Origin: the human T2T-CHM13v2.0 reference genome, Homo sapiens
DNA length: 64,000 nt
Assembly: GCF_009914755.1 (NCBI RefSeq)
Contig: NC_060926.1
Strand: one strand, 5' to 3'
Shown here: positions 1-12,400 of the stretch, one piece after another
Layout: every line of letters starts with the position of its first letter
How positions within the stretch are numbered: the stretch's first letter is position 1
Notes under the pieces: model-generated
Databases searched by the model: none
Told to the model about the DNA's origin: nothing
What the model saw: only the letters and a program-made list of their open reading frames with translations
Translations under genes and position numbers: made by a program

Positions 1-153
1 GCTGCGGCGGTGACACAGGCACATACACACCACTGCAATTACTGCTAGAAAATATGAAAAACACTACCCTCCTTCATGTCTGCTGTGTCGGTGCCCTAGC
101 CTCTGCCCCAGAGGTCAGAATGGCTCCAAGGGCACGGGGCCACTGTGCAACTG

Positions 154-292
154 CACATCAGCCATCCCGAAGCCCGCCCTGAGGACCCCCGCCCAGCCCA
201 GCCCCCTACACATCAGCTGTCTCGAAGCCCACCCTGAGGACCCCCGCCCATCCCAGCCCCTTGCACATCAGCCGCCCCGAAGCCCGCCCAGT
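154..292. repeat. 55-bp minisatellite, ~2.5 copies
   Basis: CACATCAGC...CGAAGCCC...GAGGACCCCCGCCCA units start at 154, 209 and 264. Confidence 0.85.
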
Positions 293-3200
293 CCCCTGCC
301 TGGAGATCACCCCTTCTCTTCACAACAGGCAGCAGGTGAACAGCTTCCCCCTCGGAGCTGCCCCATGGGCCTCACTGCACAGGTGTGGAGGCGTCCACGT
401 CTACACCACCAGGAACCCCCAGGCAGGGCAGCTCTTGGCACTGATGCCCAACGGGTATTGCTAGGCCCGCACGGAGCTGCTGTCAAGGACAGGGGCAAGG
501 GCAGGGAAGTGAGGCTCTACACACAGCAGCATCTTCATGCCTTGCCTGAGAGTATGTTCTAGAAGGACACGGGAGAGAAGAATAAACAGGGTCAGGACAG
601 TCAGGAAAGGCCTCCAAGTTGGAGGTGTTAACCACATCTGAAGGGGTTCCTGAGAGACACGGGGGCACCGACGGGGGGACAGAGCCCAGTGCTGCTGTCC
701 TGGGCATGCAGAGCAAGCCGCCTGCCTGGCCCCAGCTGTCCGACTCGGCTGAGCCTCGCCTCCTGCTGCTCGATCTAAGCTGGCTGCCCAGTGACGCCAC
801 TCTGCCCCTTCTCTGCAGAGGGGAAGCTCCGTGAAGGCAGAGCCCTGTCTGGCCACTGCTCCCCTCAGTCTGAAAGGAAGGGTACGTGGGCACCTCTGAG
901 AGCCAGTGGCTTACTCAGGGCACACAGGACCTTTGGGGTGGGGGCCATCCTCGAGCGGGGGCTCAATGACTGAAAACAAAAGGGGGAAGACACAGCCCTG
1001 GAAAGGAGGGGGCTGACTTTCCCAGGCCAGACGGGGAGCTCGTGGGGAGACGGGCTCTGGCCTCAGCCTAAGGTCACACCCCAAAGGCCATCCCAGACAC
1101 CGGAGTTCCTGCCGCTCGGGGACTCCCAGCAGGCACAGGCTTCACCTCTTTCTGCTCGGGCCGCCCCAGCCTCCACTGCGGAGGAACAGATGCGCCTGCC
1201 AGGTTCCATTCAGCTTCGGTTTGCAAATGGAAGCACAGGCATTTCCAAATGCAGCTCACATTTGTGAGTGTGGCAAAAGAGCGAAAGACCGTGGGGGCAG
1301 GAAACTGGATTTTGTTTGGTTGGTTTCTAAATGTCTGTTAAGAATGTGCTAATGTAAGACTACACATGAAGGTCGCTGGGCAGATGCAGCGGTTTATCTT
1401 GGAAAAAGAAGTGTGGCTGCCCACGGCTCTGACAGGACAGCCAACCACATGCGACCAGAGGGAGATGGCTTGGGTGAGCCGAGGCCCTCCTGATCCTAAG
1501 TGGCCAACAGGGTGCTTTGAGTGATGCTCCCTAGGGCTCGCAGCCTGAACCTGCAGAGGTTGAGGAAGCTGATGCAACAGTCGAAGAATAGATCAGCCTT
1601 CCTGGGTAGAAGCCAAGGTCTCTAGAAGCCCCGTCCTGTCTGCAGCATTTCTTGGGGGGAGGCTCTTCTGAAAGCCATGCCTTGCGGCAGGTCCCAGGGT
1701 GTAAACACTGTGCAGGGGGGACACCTGGCCCACTGCTGCCCCGTCGGAGGGTCCTGCCCCTTCCTTCCTACTCGGTGTTCCGGGGACCTGAAGGCCCCCA
1801 TATGCTGCTGGAGGTGTGGCAATGGGCTTTCTTTTTTCCATGAGCTGGAAGCTGCCTCTCAGAACTGTCCAGCTTCAGAGAACCCTGAAGATGGACTCTC
1901 CTGCCCCTCCCCCTGCAGAGCAGGGCAGGCCCAATGCGGGCTGAAGTGGACAGGGGTGCAGAGCCTGACAGGGGCTGGAGAGTGGGGGATGGGGGCCAAA
2001 GAGCCAGGGGCCAGCCCTGGGGCTCTCCCACCTCCCTTGAACCACTGTGAACCCGCCCCAGGGGAGGACTTGCTGCTCCAGGTCACCCTTAACCCCCAAG
2101 TGACAAGCAGGGCTCCCACATGTGTGCCAACCCCAGGATGGGTCCAGCACACTCAGGAAAAATCACAGCCTCTGACAGTACTCCAGAGGCATCACAGATG
2201 AAGTCATAAAACCCTCCCCTTCAAACGTGTGACTTCTCAGCAAACACCGCCACAGACTTTCGTATCAGGAAGTCAATCTTAGCCCAGCAATGGGTGTGGT
2301 TTCAAAATAAATCACTCCTCCAGAGAAGCCAAGGCCTCCCACTCAGAAACAGCACTTCCAAAATCAAAGAAAAACCCCACTGTTAGTGGCCTCCCAGCAC
2401 CACCCCTCTGTGCTTTCTGGGCACTGCATGTGGGACAGGTGAAGAGCCCTCCTGGGGGGAGGTGCGGTGGGGCGGGAACCCAGGCCCTCCCTTTGCCCCT
2501 GACTCTCCTGCTCCGCAGAGCCTTGAGGCACAAAGGACAGAGCAGGAACACCAGGTGATGCCAATGCTCACCAGGCCACAGCGCCGGCACCAACACAGGC
2601 ACCCCACAAAGACACAGCCACCAGGCTGGGTGCAGGCTCAAGGTCAGCCAGCTCTGCAGGATCCCAAACAACAGTGTCAGAGACACCAGGCTTCTTGGAA
2701 CTTCCAAACACCATTTTAAGGTTATGCATGAGCTCAAGCATTCTGCTAGGTCCTGGGGGTGAATGGGAATGCGGGAACCATGCCATGGGCTGGCTGGTGC
2801 TGAGTGGGCAGTGCCCCGATCAGGCTGGAGTACTGACCTCCTGGGCCTGGTGGGATGAGGTGAGGCCAAAGCGAGCTGCCTGTCCATCCTCATACACCAA
2901 CCGTATGGCAGGAGCGTGGCCTGCCTTGCCCAGCTCCCCCTCTAAGGACAGGGAGGGGGACACAGAGCCCCTAAGCCTGCGCAGAGGCTGCTGTGGCATC
3001 CAGAGGGGCTGCCAGCCAGTGAAGGCTGCTGAGACCAGAGGTGAACCATAAGGCCAAGGGGCCAGGCCAGCCGGAGCCCACCACACTGCCATAGCCCCTC
3101 GCCTGCATCCCAGCACAGTGCCCGAGGCAGGGAGCCCACACTCCAGGCAGGCCTACTTCCTGTAGCAGAGCCGCTAGGTGGGAAACGTGCCCCTGATTCT

Positions 3201-5419
3201 CCATAGGCCGGGACCCTGGTCCCAGGAGCCCACACTGAGATTCTGACTGTCCTCAATGCCCTGCACTGCAAGCCACTGGCTTGGCCTGCCCAGCCCTCCA
3301 TGACCTCCGCACAGCCATCCTGCCTGCAGCACAGATTCACAGCCCACCTGCCCAGGGGGGCCTGGCCCTGTGCTGGCCATGCTACCCCCACCTATTCCAG
3401 AGGTGCCTCCGGGGCTGCTGAGGACAAATGAGGCTAACAATTACATACCAGCTGTCCCGAGGCAAGAGTCCACGATTTCATGACACACACCTTTGCTCCC
3501 TCTGGGAAATTATAAGCCACTGGCCAAGAAATCATCATGGCTTCCACACACCCAAAGGCAAGCGCTGCAGCTCACAGCTCACATCCCACCCTCTCTCCCT
3601 CTGTCTCCACATTCTACATCTGCCTCTTGGGACCCTCCCAATGTCACCATTTCCAGGTAGCCCAAAGGGGACTGTGAGCTTGTAAAGTGGAAGAGGCTCT
3701 TCCTTCACTTAGCCAGCACTGACGGTGTCTACAAGGCACCCGCTTGGCCTCTATAGCTCCTGGGACTCCTGCTCCACCCCACACCCAGGTGCTGTGGCCT
3801 TCCCCAGGGGACACCAGGTCATTAGTTTCGTCTCCCCCAGCCCTAACCACTGGAGGTCCCCTAAGCCACAGGGGACAAGGCAGGGCTACTGGTAATCTCT
3901 CAGGACACCACCCTGGGCATCCTGGGCACAGTGGCTGTGCACAGCTGGTGCTCACAGCTGTGCAGAGGGAGAGTAAGTGCCCACATGGTCTCCGCGGCAG
4001 CTGTACACTGCATGGGGGGTGCCGCTTGACCACCTAGCACTCCTGTGGCACTGGACACATTACTTGACCTCTGATGTTGCCATCTATGACCTGGGAGATG
4101 GTGGGACCTACCACCGTCCAGGATCTAGGGCAGTGCCCGGCCTACAGAAAGTTCCCATCCACTGCACCTATAATTACACTTCGTAAACACTAATCCGTGA
4201 CCATGGACACGCATACCACACCCGTCCATATCACACCAGACAGACGGCCTCTGATACAGACCCTCCCGAGGAAGCCGATGGAGTCTGAAGAGCACCAGTG
4301 GCCAACAGTTCCCAGCGGAGCACCAGGGCCCATGGCACCACTCAGCAGTTGCCCAGGGTCCCCAGATACAACGGTGGACAGCAAGGACTCCCCAAACCCT
4401 TGAGGACGTGCTGAAGGCAGCAAAAATCTACAACTGTTCCCGGAAGGGCTTGGCACAGCTATAGAGAGTTGTACACACAAGAAACTAGCCACAAACCGGA
4501 AACGTTAAACCACAGCTCCGTGACACTTCCTCACCAGGAGGCGGAGCCCTGAGCCAAGGCAGACCTGGAGGGCTCCACAGAAGAGGCCTGTGCCAGGGGC
4601 CCTGCGCCCTTCTACACGGCAATGGGGACTCAAATCACAGGGACGAGGCCCCTCACGAAGAGCTCTGCCCTGGGGCAGGTCCTCTGCATCCCCTCGCAGG
4701 CTTCTCCCTCCGTCAAGGACAGAGACTGCTCCAGCCAGCTGGTTAGTTTCCACCCAAAGCCAGCCGCTTGCCATTGTTCCCAGCTTCTGAGTTCTTACAT
4801 GGTAATTCTGCACATTCCAAACAGTCTTTCAAATACCGTCTCGTCTAAGAATGAGTGCACTTTCCTAAAAAGACAAATATCAAGCACTTAAAACACACAC
4901 ACCAAGCTACAGGCTATACTTGAATTCCAGGCATAAATCTGAATTTCTCTAACTGTTGTCCAAATTAGGTCAAAGAGTTACCAGAATAATCAGAAAATGT
5001 TTTGAGAGGGGTTTAAATTCACTTGGTTGTAATTTTTTTTATTTGCTCAATTCATCCCATTCTCGCTGCTGAGCTTTCTCCTTAGGAAGTTGGAATGGGT
5101 GCTGGAGGAAGTGAACTTGGTCCTCAGCAAACTGGGAATGCCAACAGCGCTGGCCACTCCCAGACTCGGGCTGGTGGCCAGGACGGTGGCCCTGGCGGGC
5201 CAGGCCCCACTGACAGCCCTAGGCAGGCCTGTCCTGGAAGAAGCAGGGCCCATTCCACACTGTGAAGAGTGACCCAAGAGATCAGAGATTAGACTTGGGT
5301 CTAGATTTTTCTCAGGATAAAGTGTGATTTTGAAAAGACGCTGAGTAAATAAGCCACATGTCAAGGATAAAGATATTCATCATGAAAGTAAACAAATTTC
5401 TCTCTGAGTTCTAACTTAC

Positions 5420-5503
5420 CACAAAAAGGAATCAACATACTTCTTCCCTGCTGGCTTTTACCAAGCATTTCCACAGTACAATCGGTTTGGTGCTCATGAC
5501 CAC
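5420..5503 (-). CDS. Candidate alternative in-frame cassette exon of HDAC4 (84 nt, adds GGHEHQTDCTVEMLGKSQQGRSMLIPFC)
   Basis: Minus-strand acceptor ttcttctgtccctccag|G and donor GTG|gtaagt. Length is 28 codons, with no stop in phase 1, the phase I recall for this HDAC4 intron. No transcript evidence available. Confidence 0.4.
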
Positions 5504-6044
5504 CTGGAGGGACAGAAGAACCTGCCCTGTGACTAGATGGCCTGCAGGCCAAGGAAGACAGGGTAATCCCAGGTGACCACCCATTTCCTGTCAGGGACAC
5601 AGCCCCTCAGGAGGGCTGGACAGAGAAAAGGGAACAGGACTCCCCAGGAAACCGCAGAGATCCAGGTGTGAGAACTGAACTTCTCTTAGCCTTTTCATCA
5701 GTTGTCAACCAAGAACAGGGTCAGACAGGCAAGCTTTTGTGCAGAAGCCTACCAGGGGACCTTAGGGCACCAGGTGGATGGTGCCAGGCTCCCTACCCCC
5801 ACAAAATGGAAAGAAACAAAGAAATGGCGACATAGAAGAATGGAATTGAGCTGGCTTTTAAAGAAAGACTAATCGCACTGGCAAGAAATCTCAAGGACCC
5901 ATCACTTCCATAGCTGAGCTTCCAGCGGCTTGATTCTAGGAGCTACCATTGGAAACGTTCAATTAGAAGACCCTCTTACTGTGCACACTAAGACCTAATT
6001 TACCAGCAGATGGAAGCCATCCAAGCACCCCCATCATTCAGACG

Positions 6045-6295
6045 TACATACATTCATTATCTACATACATTCATACATCTACACAATTCACACACCCACA
6101 TTCACACACCCACACACATTCACACACCCACACACATTCACACACCCACATACATTCACACATCTACACACATTCACACACCCACACATTCACACACCCA
6201 CACACATTCACACACCCACACACATTCACACACCCACACACATTCACACACCCACATACATTCACACATCTACATACACGTGCATGCATGCATGC
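6045..6295. repeat. CA-rich compound repeat (CACACATTCACACACCCA-like units)
   Basis: Repeated cacacattcacacaccca units are directly visible. Confidence 0.9.
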
Positions 6296-8035
6296 ACCTA
6301 GCAAATATTGTACATTGTCTGTGTGCCCAAGGAAGGGTGGGGTCTGACTTCCTGGCACTGGCCAGGTAACTCCTGCAGGTGTCACCTCAACACCTTTTAG
6401 CTGAGTGCCAAACTCCATTCCAGTCTGCAGGAATTCTCTGCAAGCTCCATTCTTCAGAACCCCAGTTTTCCCCACTGAATGAGAAGCATGAGGCCCTGCT
6501 GGCCTCCTGGAGGAGGAGGGTCCTTATTCATGCCCCAGTGGGCTGGCCACTGCGAGCCCGTGCGCTTTCCTAAAAAGACAAATATCAAGTACTGGTCACC
6601 TCGTGGCCGGGACTGCCGGGTCACCGTGTGTTCAGAGGCTGAGTTTCTACACAGAAGGTTTCTAAGGGAAGATGACTCAAGTCATTTCAACTTAAAGACA
6701 CAGCAAATCTTCCAAGTTGCTCGAAAAGGGAAAAAGTACAAACTGTCCACACACAACAGTATAATTACAAGGCCAGCAATGATGGGTTTGGTTCTTACGA
6801 CCCAAGGCTGGCTCGGATCTCATCCCAGCACTTTGTTAATTGCACATTATCATGTGTCAGGGCTTCATAGACAAGAGCAGCGAGTGGACCTGACTTATCT
6901 CCCCGCCCCCCAAAATGATGTCCTTACACAAAACACAACAGGCAACTCTGAGAGAGAGTCAACTGCACGCAGGTGGCCCTTGAGGTCCCAGAGCCTACTC
7001 TCTGGATGAGCTCAGGATGTCACCAGCCTTTCAGGAGCCTGATGACTCCCACGGCAGCAGGTAAGGACCCAGAGTCCTGGAGGCTGCCCCATCAGCTCTG
7101 TCTCGGGCTGCACTGGAGCAGCTGTGTGGACCCTGTGGCCTGTCCACATCCGTATGTGTAAAAATGAATGGATGACGGAAACAGAAAAGCGCCGTTGGTG
7201 ACACCTTGGAGAGGGAAATTCTGAGCAAGCCGAAAGAACTCGCTGTGGCCTCAATGGGATGCTCATTAGCTGCCCCCCGATGTATTCAACTGGAAAGGAG
7301 AAAGAGCAGAGCTGGCAACATGCAGAAAAACAGGAAATTTCATGGTGAGACACAGTGAAGCAGGCGATAGAGAAAAGGAAGACTTTAAAATGAGATAGAA
7401 TGAGGCGATAGAGAAAAAGAGGCCTTTAAAAATGAGAATCCAGAATAAGCTGAAATAGTCCGGGGGCTAAAAAACCTAGACATTTATAACCTAATCAGGA
7501 ATATTATAATGCTTTCAAGTCTCCTCGGAACTGGACCACTCCCTTGTTCCAAACAAAGATGTGCTACTTGCATTCAGCATTTGTATAATTTCTTACATGC
7601 ACTAACAGGGAACTATCTGACATTTCTGAAATCATTAAACCATCTACTTAATGGAAAGGAGTAAGACGACCTGTTGACGGATACGACAGATGTGAGCGTT
7701 ACTGTGAGCAGCACGTGCAGACTTAAGTGGCTCTTAGTTCAAACCAAAATATGCACAGACCTCCAAAAAACCCCAGATACAGAGTAAATTATACACTGGT
7801 AGGCTAGCTTTTGGCAAGGAAAATACAGTGTCCGTTCCTCATTCAGAAACATGGCAAATATGTGCATTAATATTAAATATATCCTAATTAGTTACAAATC
7901 TCTGAAAATACTTACAACTCAAAGGACCGGGTTTATCTGATAGACACACAACCTTCACTTTTCTCATTAATTTGGAGCTGAAGGAAATGCAAGATTCAGA
8001 ATTTAAAACCAGTAAAAAGGTTGGGGCTTAGTATG

Positions 8036-8346
8036 TTTTTTGGTGTTTTTTGAGACAGGGTCTTGCTCCGGTTGCCCAGGCTGGAATGCAGTGGTGTGAT
8101 CACGGCTCACTGCAGCCTCGACTTCCTGGGCTCAGGTGATCCTCCCATCTCACACTCCTGAGTAGCTGGAATCATAGGTGCATGCCACCATGCCTGGCTA
8201 ATTTTTATACTTTTAGTAGAGTAGGGGTTTGAGAAGGGGTTTTGCCATGTTGCCCAGACTGGTCTTGAACTTCTGAGCTCAAGCAATCCATTCACCTTGG
8301 TCTCCCAAAGTGTTGGGATTACAGGTGTGAGCCACTGTGCTCGGTC
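8036..8346 (-). mobile_element. Alu SINE (AluJ-like)
   Basis: Reverse Alu body (tgagacagggtcttgct...gggattacaggtgtgagccac), flanked by a duplicated ggcttagt(a/g)tgtttttt. Confidence 0.93.
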
Positions 8347-9184
8347 GGCTTAGTGTGTTTTTTGTTTACACATTCTAAGTTTTCAGTGCTGTTGTGTTTG
8401 GAATAATGAGGAATACTCAATTCACATGAAAGCAACAGTTCATCTTGGTGATTGTGTTTAGGACTATGAGAGCCGATTCTGCCGGCATCCTCCCTAGAGC
8501 TCTCCATCCCCCGATGTGGATCTCCGGATTATCGGGTAGACACTGTCGTCATCCCCATGTTACAGACACAAAGCCTGGGTGGCTGAGGCCGGCACAGCTG
8601 CTGAGTGAGAGTCCAGTTCTGGACCCCGAAGACAGGTTGCCCTTCATCCTTCCAAGACGTGGCCTCTCTCCTCAGGATGTGTGTCCCACATTCAGAGTCC
8701 CTGATGGCTCCACGTCCCATAATTAACCTCTCAACAGGGAAGATGTCCACCTGGAAGTTACACAGAGCTTCGAAATTTCCTGGAACTTGTGTTTCGAGTG
8801 GGGGAAAAGCCACTACAATGCTGCCATACTCAACAAGACCAATACAAGTCTCAGCAGACATCACAACCTGGCGCCAGATTCCAACAAACTCTGCACAGTA
8901 ATGACAAAAAAGCACAGTTTCAAAAAAAATCAACAAAGAAACCCAGCTCTCTCTGTGAAACCTTCCATTTACTTGGCCACTTTCCCACGGACATTCAATT
9001 AAAAACAACTGTGGGAAAAGCGAATCTAGCCATTAGACACTGCAGAAGCTGGCTGGGCAATAAAATCTGCCTCTCTCCTAACAGCCCAGAGAAGCCTTTT
9101 AGCATTTACATTCGACAGAAGCCAAAAGCCAGGAGCCCCAAGAGGGGGCCCACATCATCGTTCCAATCCAATCCGAGTTCAATA

Positions 9185-9600
9185 AATGTCTCTGATAGGA
9201 CACCAAAACACAGGCAGCAAAAGAAAAAAATAGCCAAACAGGATACCAGCAAAATAAAAATCTTCTGAGCTTCAAAAGACACCATCCAGAAAGGCAACCT
9301 ACAGAATGGAAAAGAATATTTGCAAACCATATATCTGATCAAGGAGCTGTATCTAGAATATAAAGGGCCAGACAACTCAAACAATAAAAAGGCAAATAAT
9401 CTAATTTTAAAATGAGCAAAGGATTTAAACAGACATTTCTCCAAAGATGCACAATGGCCCATGAGCATGTGAAAAGATGACTGTCATCACTAGTTGTTAA
9501 CCTCAGGAAAATGTAAATCAAAATCACAATAAGATGTCACTTTCTATCCACAAGGATGGCCAGGATCAAAAAGATACAAGACCACCCTGACTGTCAAACC
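9185..9600 (+). mobile_element. Old L1 (L1M) ORF2 3' fragment
   Basis: L1 motifs aaagacaccatc, caacctacagaatggaaaagaatatttgcaaaccatatatctgat, aacagacatttctccaaaga and aaatcaaaatcacaataaga. Confidence 0.85.
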
Positions 9601-9924
9601 CAGCATCGGAACCTCTCGCAGCCAACCATCTGCACTCACCCCCAATGCACCCCTGCGCTGCTGCTGTGGGTGCCCCAGGCGATGCCCTCTGACTCTGGCA
9701 GAGCAGGGCAGGCAACTGTAGGGGACAAGAGCAGCAGAGGGGCTCACCTCTGTACCTCCCTAGACCCTTAGACAGGCATCTACCCTGGCCCTCTCGTCCC
9801 AAGCTGTCCCTATATTCCTGCAACGGCTTCTTCCCTCCCTAGCGACCTGGCCAGAGAGTTGCCCACGATGAGCGGCAGAGTCAGAGACCAGACCTGCAGG
9901 TCTGAGGGCTGAGCACAGGAAGGA

Positions 9925-10040
9925 TAAATGATACCCCACACAGGGTCTACATCCTCATTCCCGGAACCTAGAAATACACCACCTTAGATGCTCAAACGGA
10001 CTTTACACATGTGATTAAGGATACTGAGATGAGGGATTAT
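9925..10040 (+). mobile_element. MaLR LTR (MLT1-like) fragment
   Basis: catcctcattcccggaacct...gactttacacatgtgattaaggatactgagatgagggattatc resembles the MLT1 5' region. Confidence 0.55.
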
Positions 10041-10044
10041 CAGA

Positions 10045-11080
10045 TAAATTCCGGGGACAGGAATTATACAAGGTGACAAGGTGTCTTGTCACAGCAGAGC
10101 AAGGAAGCAATCAAAGACTGCAAGGGTTATGTCCAAAAGACTCAAGGGCCAACTCCACAGGGCCTCGTGGATCAAGGAGGACAAGGTGAACATCAATGAG
10201 AGTAACAGCAGCAAAGGCCTAAAAGGCATGGAGCACACTTAAACCCACAAGCTCACAATTACACACAAAAACAAACGACAAAACTCACCAGTGACCTTCA
10301 GATGATGTAAAGCAACGAGCTCATTCCTCTGAAAGATGGTAAATAAAGAAAGCCTTTCCTGTGTGAGCCGAAGAGCTGATGAGGGCACTTCCTCTCTGCA
10401 GAAGTCTTTTACCTGATTCAGGAGTGAGTGTCTTGGATTATCACTCTGCAGCCCCCAGGAAGGAAGGAATGAAGCTAGACAGCCACCTTCAGGACCCGCT
10501 CATCACCCAGCAGAACGCCCACGCCCCCATGCCACAGTCTTGCCAACTAGCCCCGGTCCGGCGCAGGCTCCAGCTGCAACCGCCAGGTCACCAGAAAGAG
10601 AGGGAGGAGGAACTTGCTCAACACGCCACATGGACACAGGCAGTGAGAGCTCTGCCGTGGCCACACAACAGGACAAGCCAAGCTCCCCAACAAATAGACT
10701 GGAGAGCAAGAGGGAGGAAACGGCTGTGTCCATCACAAGTGACAGTGGCCCATTAGAACCCACGAACCTTACTTAACACTTATTTGAACAACAGCCACAT
10801 ACAAAAAGAAAAGAGACTGAAAACTTTTTGAGACAATGGGGATTTTAAATGACTGATTATTTGATGGATTCACGTGTTGATGTGTTAAAGCTGTGACAAT
10901 GGTATTAGGGTCGCATGTTCGGAAGACACCTGCATGACGGTAGAACTGCTTTGGAACAATACAGTGAGGCAGGCCTGGCCCTGCTCAGCCATCGCTGAAG
11001 ATGGGGACAGCAGCCTAGTCCGCTCCTTATTGTCTTTTCACTTTCGTAAATGTTTGAAATTTTCCGTAATAAAAAATGAA
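10045..11080 (+). mobile_element. Degraded L1MC/ME 3' UTR relic
   Basis: Resembles L1MC4-type 3' sequence and ends tgtttgaaattttccgtaataaaaaa. Boundaries approximate. Confidence 0.5.
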
Positions 11081-11528
11081 AGATAGCCAGTGAAGGTGCT
11101 AGATTTGGACGGGGGTATCACTCTGTTCTGTTTTGCTGTTTATTATTTGTTGCAAACATAAACCTGGGCTCACAATTGTGGAAGGTTACACCCTCCCAGC
11201 TCATTCAGAGAGAAATTTCAGAGCCAGGGGACCTCATGGCCACTAAGTTTCCACGATTCCCTGGAAGAGTCACATATAAACACACTTGTGATCATTACCA
11301 AACGACAGGACAAGCCCAGTGCACCCCGGCGTCCCCTCCCAGTTTTAAGGACGAATCATGTATGGGCCCCCGCAAGAGATGGGAATGAGCCAGGGCGCCG
11401 CTGGTCTCTAAGCCACGAGCCACAGCCATGACTAACTAGGAAACTAGGACAACAGCTACCATTCAACAGCTAATTCAACAACAATACAAGTAACCTTCAC
11501 GGTAAAAACGAGAACCTCATTTGCCTAC

Positions 11529-12400
11529 CTCGAAAATAACCAAAGCAAAGCAAGCCAGTGAAGCTGGGGGGCCCTGGGAACCCTACTTTCCCAGATGGCC
11601 CTCCACGGCGGGGCTCTCTCAGCCCAGCACAGTGCAGAGCTGTCACCGTGACTCAACGGAGGGCAAGCCTCATCCCCAAAGCTGCTCCAGAAAAGAAAAG
11701 GCTCAGAAGTCCCAGGTGGATGGCCCTTCCCTAGGCCTGGCCTGGCCCCCACGCTCCTCCCAGCTGTCCTTCTGACCCTGGGCCACTCCCCCTTCTGCTG
11801 CTCCTCTTGGTTTGAAGGAGGGGAGGGGCATGGTGACATCTCTTTTTAATTAAGGCTTTCTTACAAGTAATCTTTGCAAAGAGCCCTGTCCTGGAGTGAT
11901 TTTGTGTGAGAGGGAAGAACAGATCAGCGGAGGGGCTTCCAACCATAAACATTCCCAGAGCTGCGAATATGTGCCCCTGGCCACAGGATTACACGTAGGA
12001 AGCCAGCACACGCTACGCTATCATTACCATCTCACCCATCTCCCGTGGCTGACGGGGATCGGGGGAAGAAAGGGTGGGGGCCGGCCGGAAGCCCCGTGGG
12101 CCGAAGCCACCCCAGGCCCTCAGCCCAGACCACCAGGCCGCGCAGGCTGGCCTCCTGAGGCTGTCCCTGGCAAGCCGCCCCACGCTGGAGCCAGGCTGCC
12201 GGCAAAGCGCTGCTCACTGCCGCTTTCTTCACATGTGGTTTGATTGACGCAAATCAAGAGGCAAGCAAATGATTCATAACTGTCCAAGCACAGGGCTCAC
12301 CCAGAAACGGCAGGAGCCCAGACTTGCTGATTCACCAAGAAACGGCTTTGTGTACCGGAGGCGCTGTTGGTCGGGACGCTATCATGTATGCACACGGAGC
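11529..12400. promoter_or_regulatory. CpG-enriched putative enhancer or internal promoter
   Basis: CpG-dense 12040-12230, ETS motif CCGGAAG, RUNX TGTGGTT directly followed by TGATTGACGCAAATCAA (12234-12257), and a minus-strand donor GAG|gtaggc at 11529. Confidence 0.35.

Noticed and set aside
4505-4813. ORF starting MQNYH, reminiscent of a VAV2 SH3 segment
   Set aside because: The match is only five residues, the start codon is GTG and the rest is unrelated. MIR4269 points to a different locus.
7205-7289. Strong minus-strand acceptor (ctctgctctttctcctttccag) with an open phase-1 frame
   Set aside because: The nearest donor I found is weak (AAG|GTGTCA) and gives 85 nt, a frameshift.
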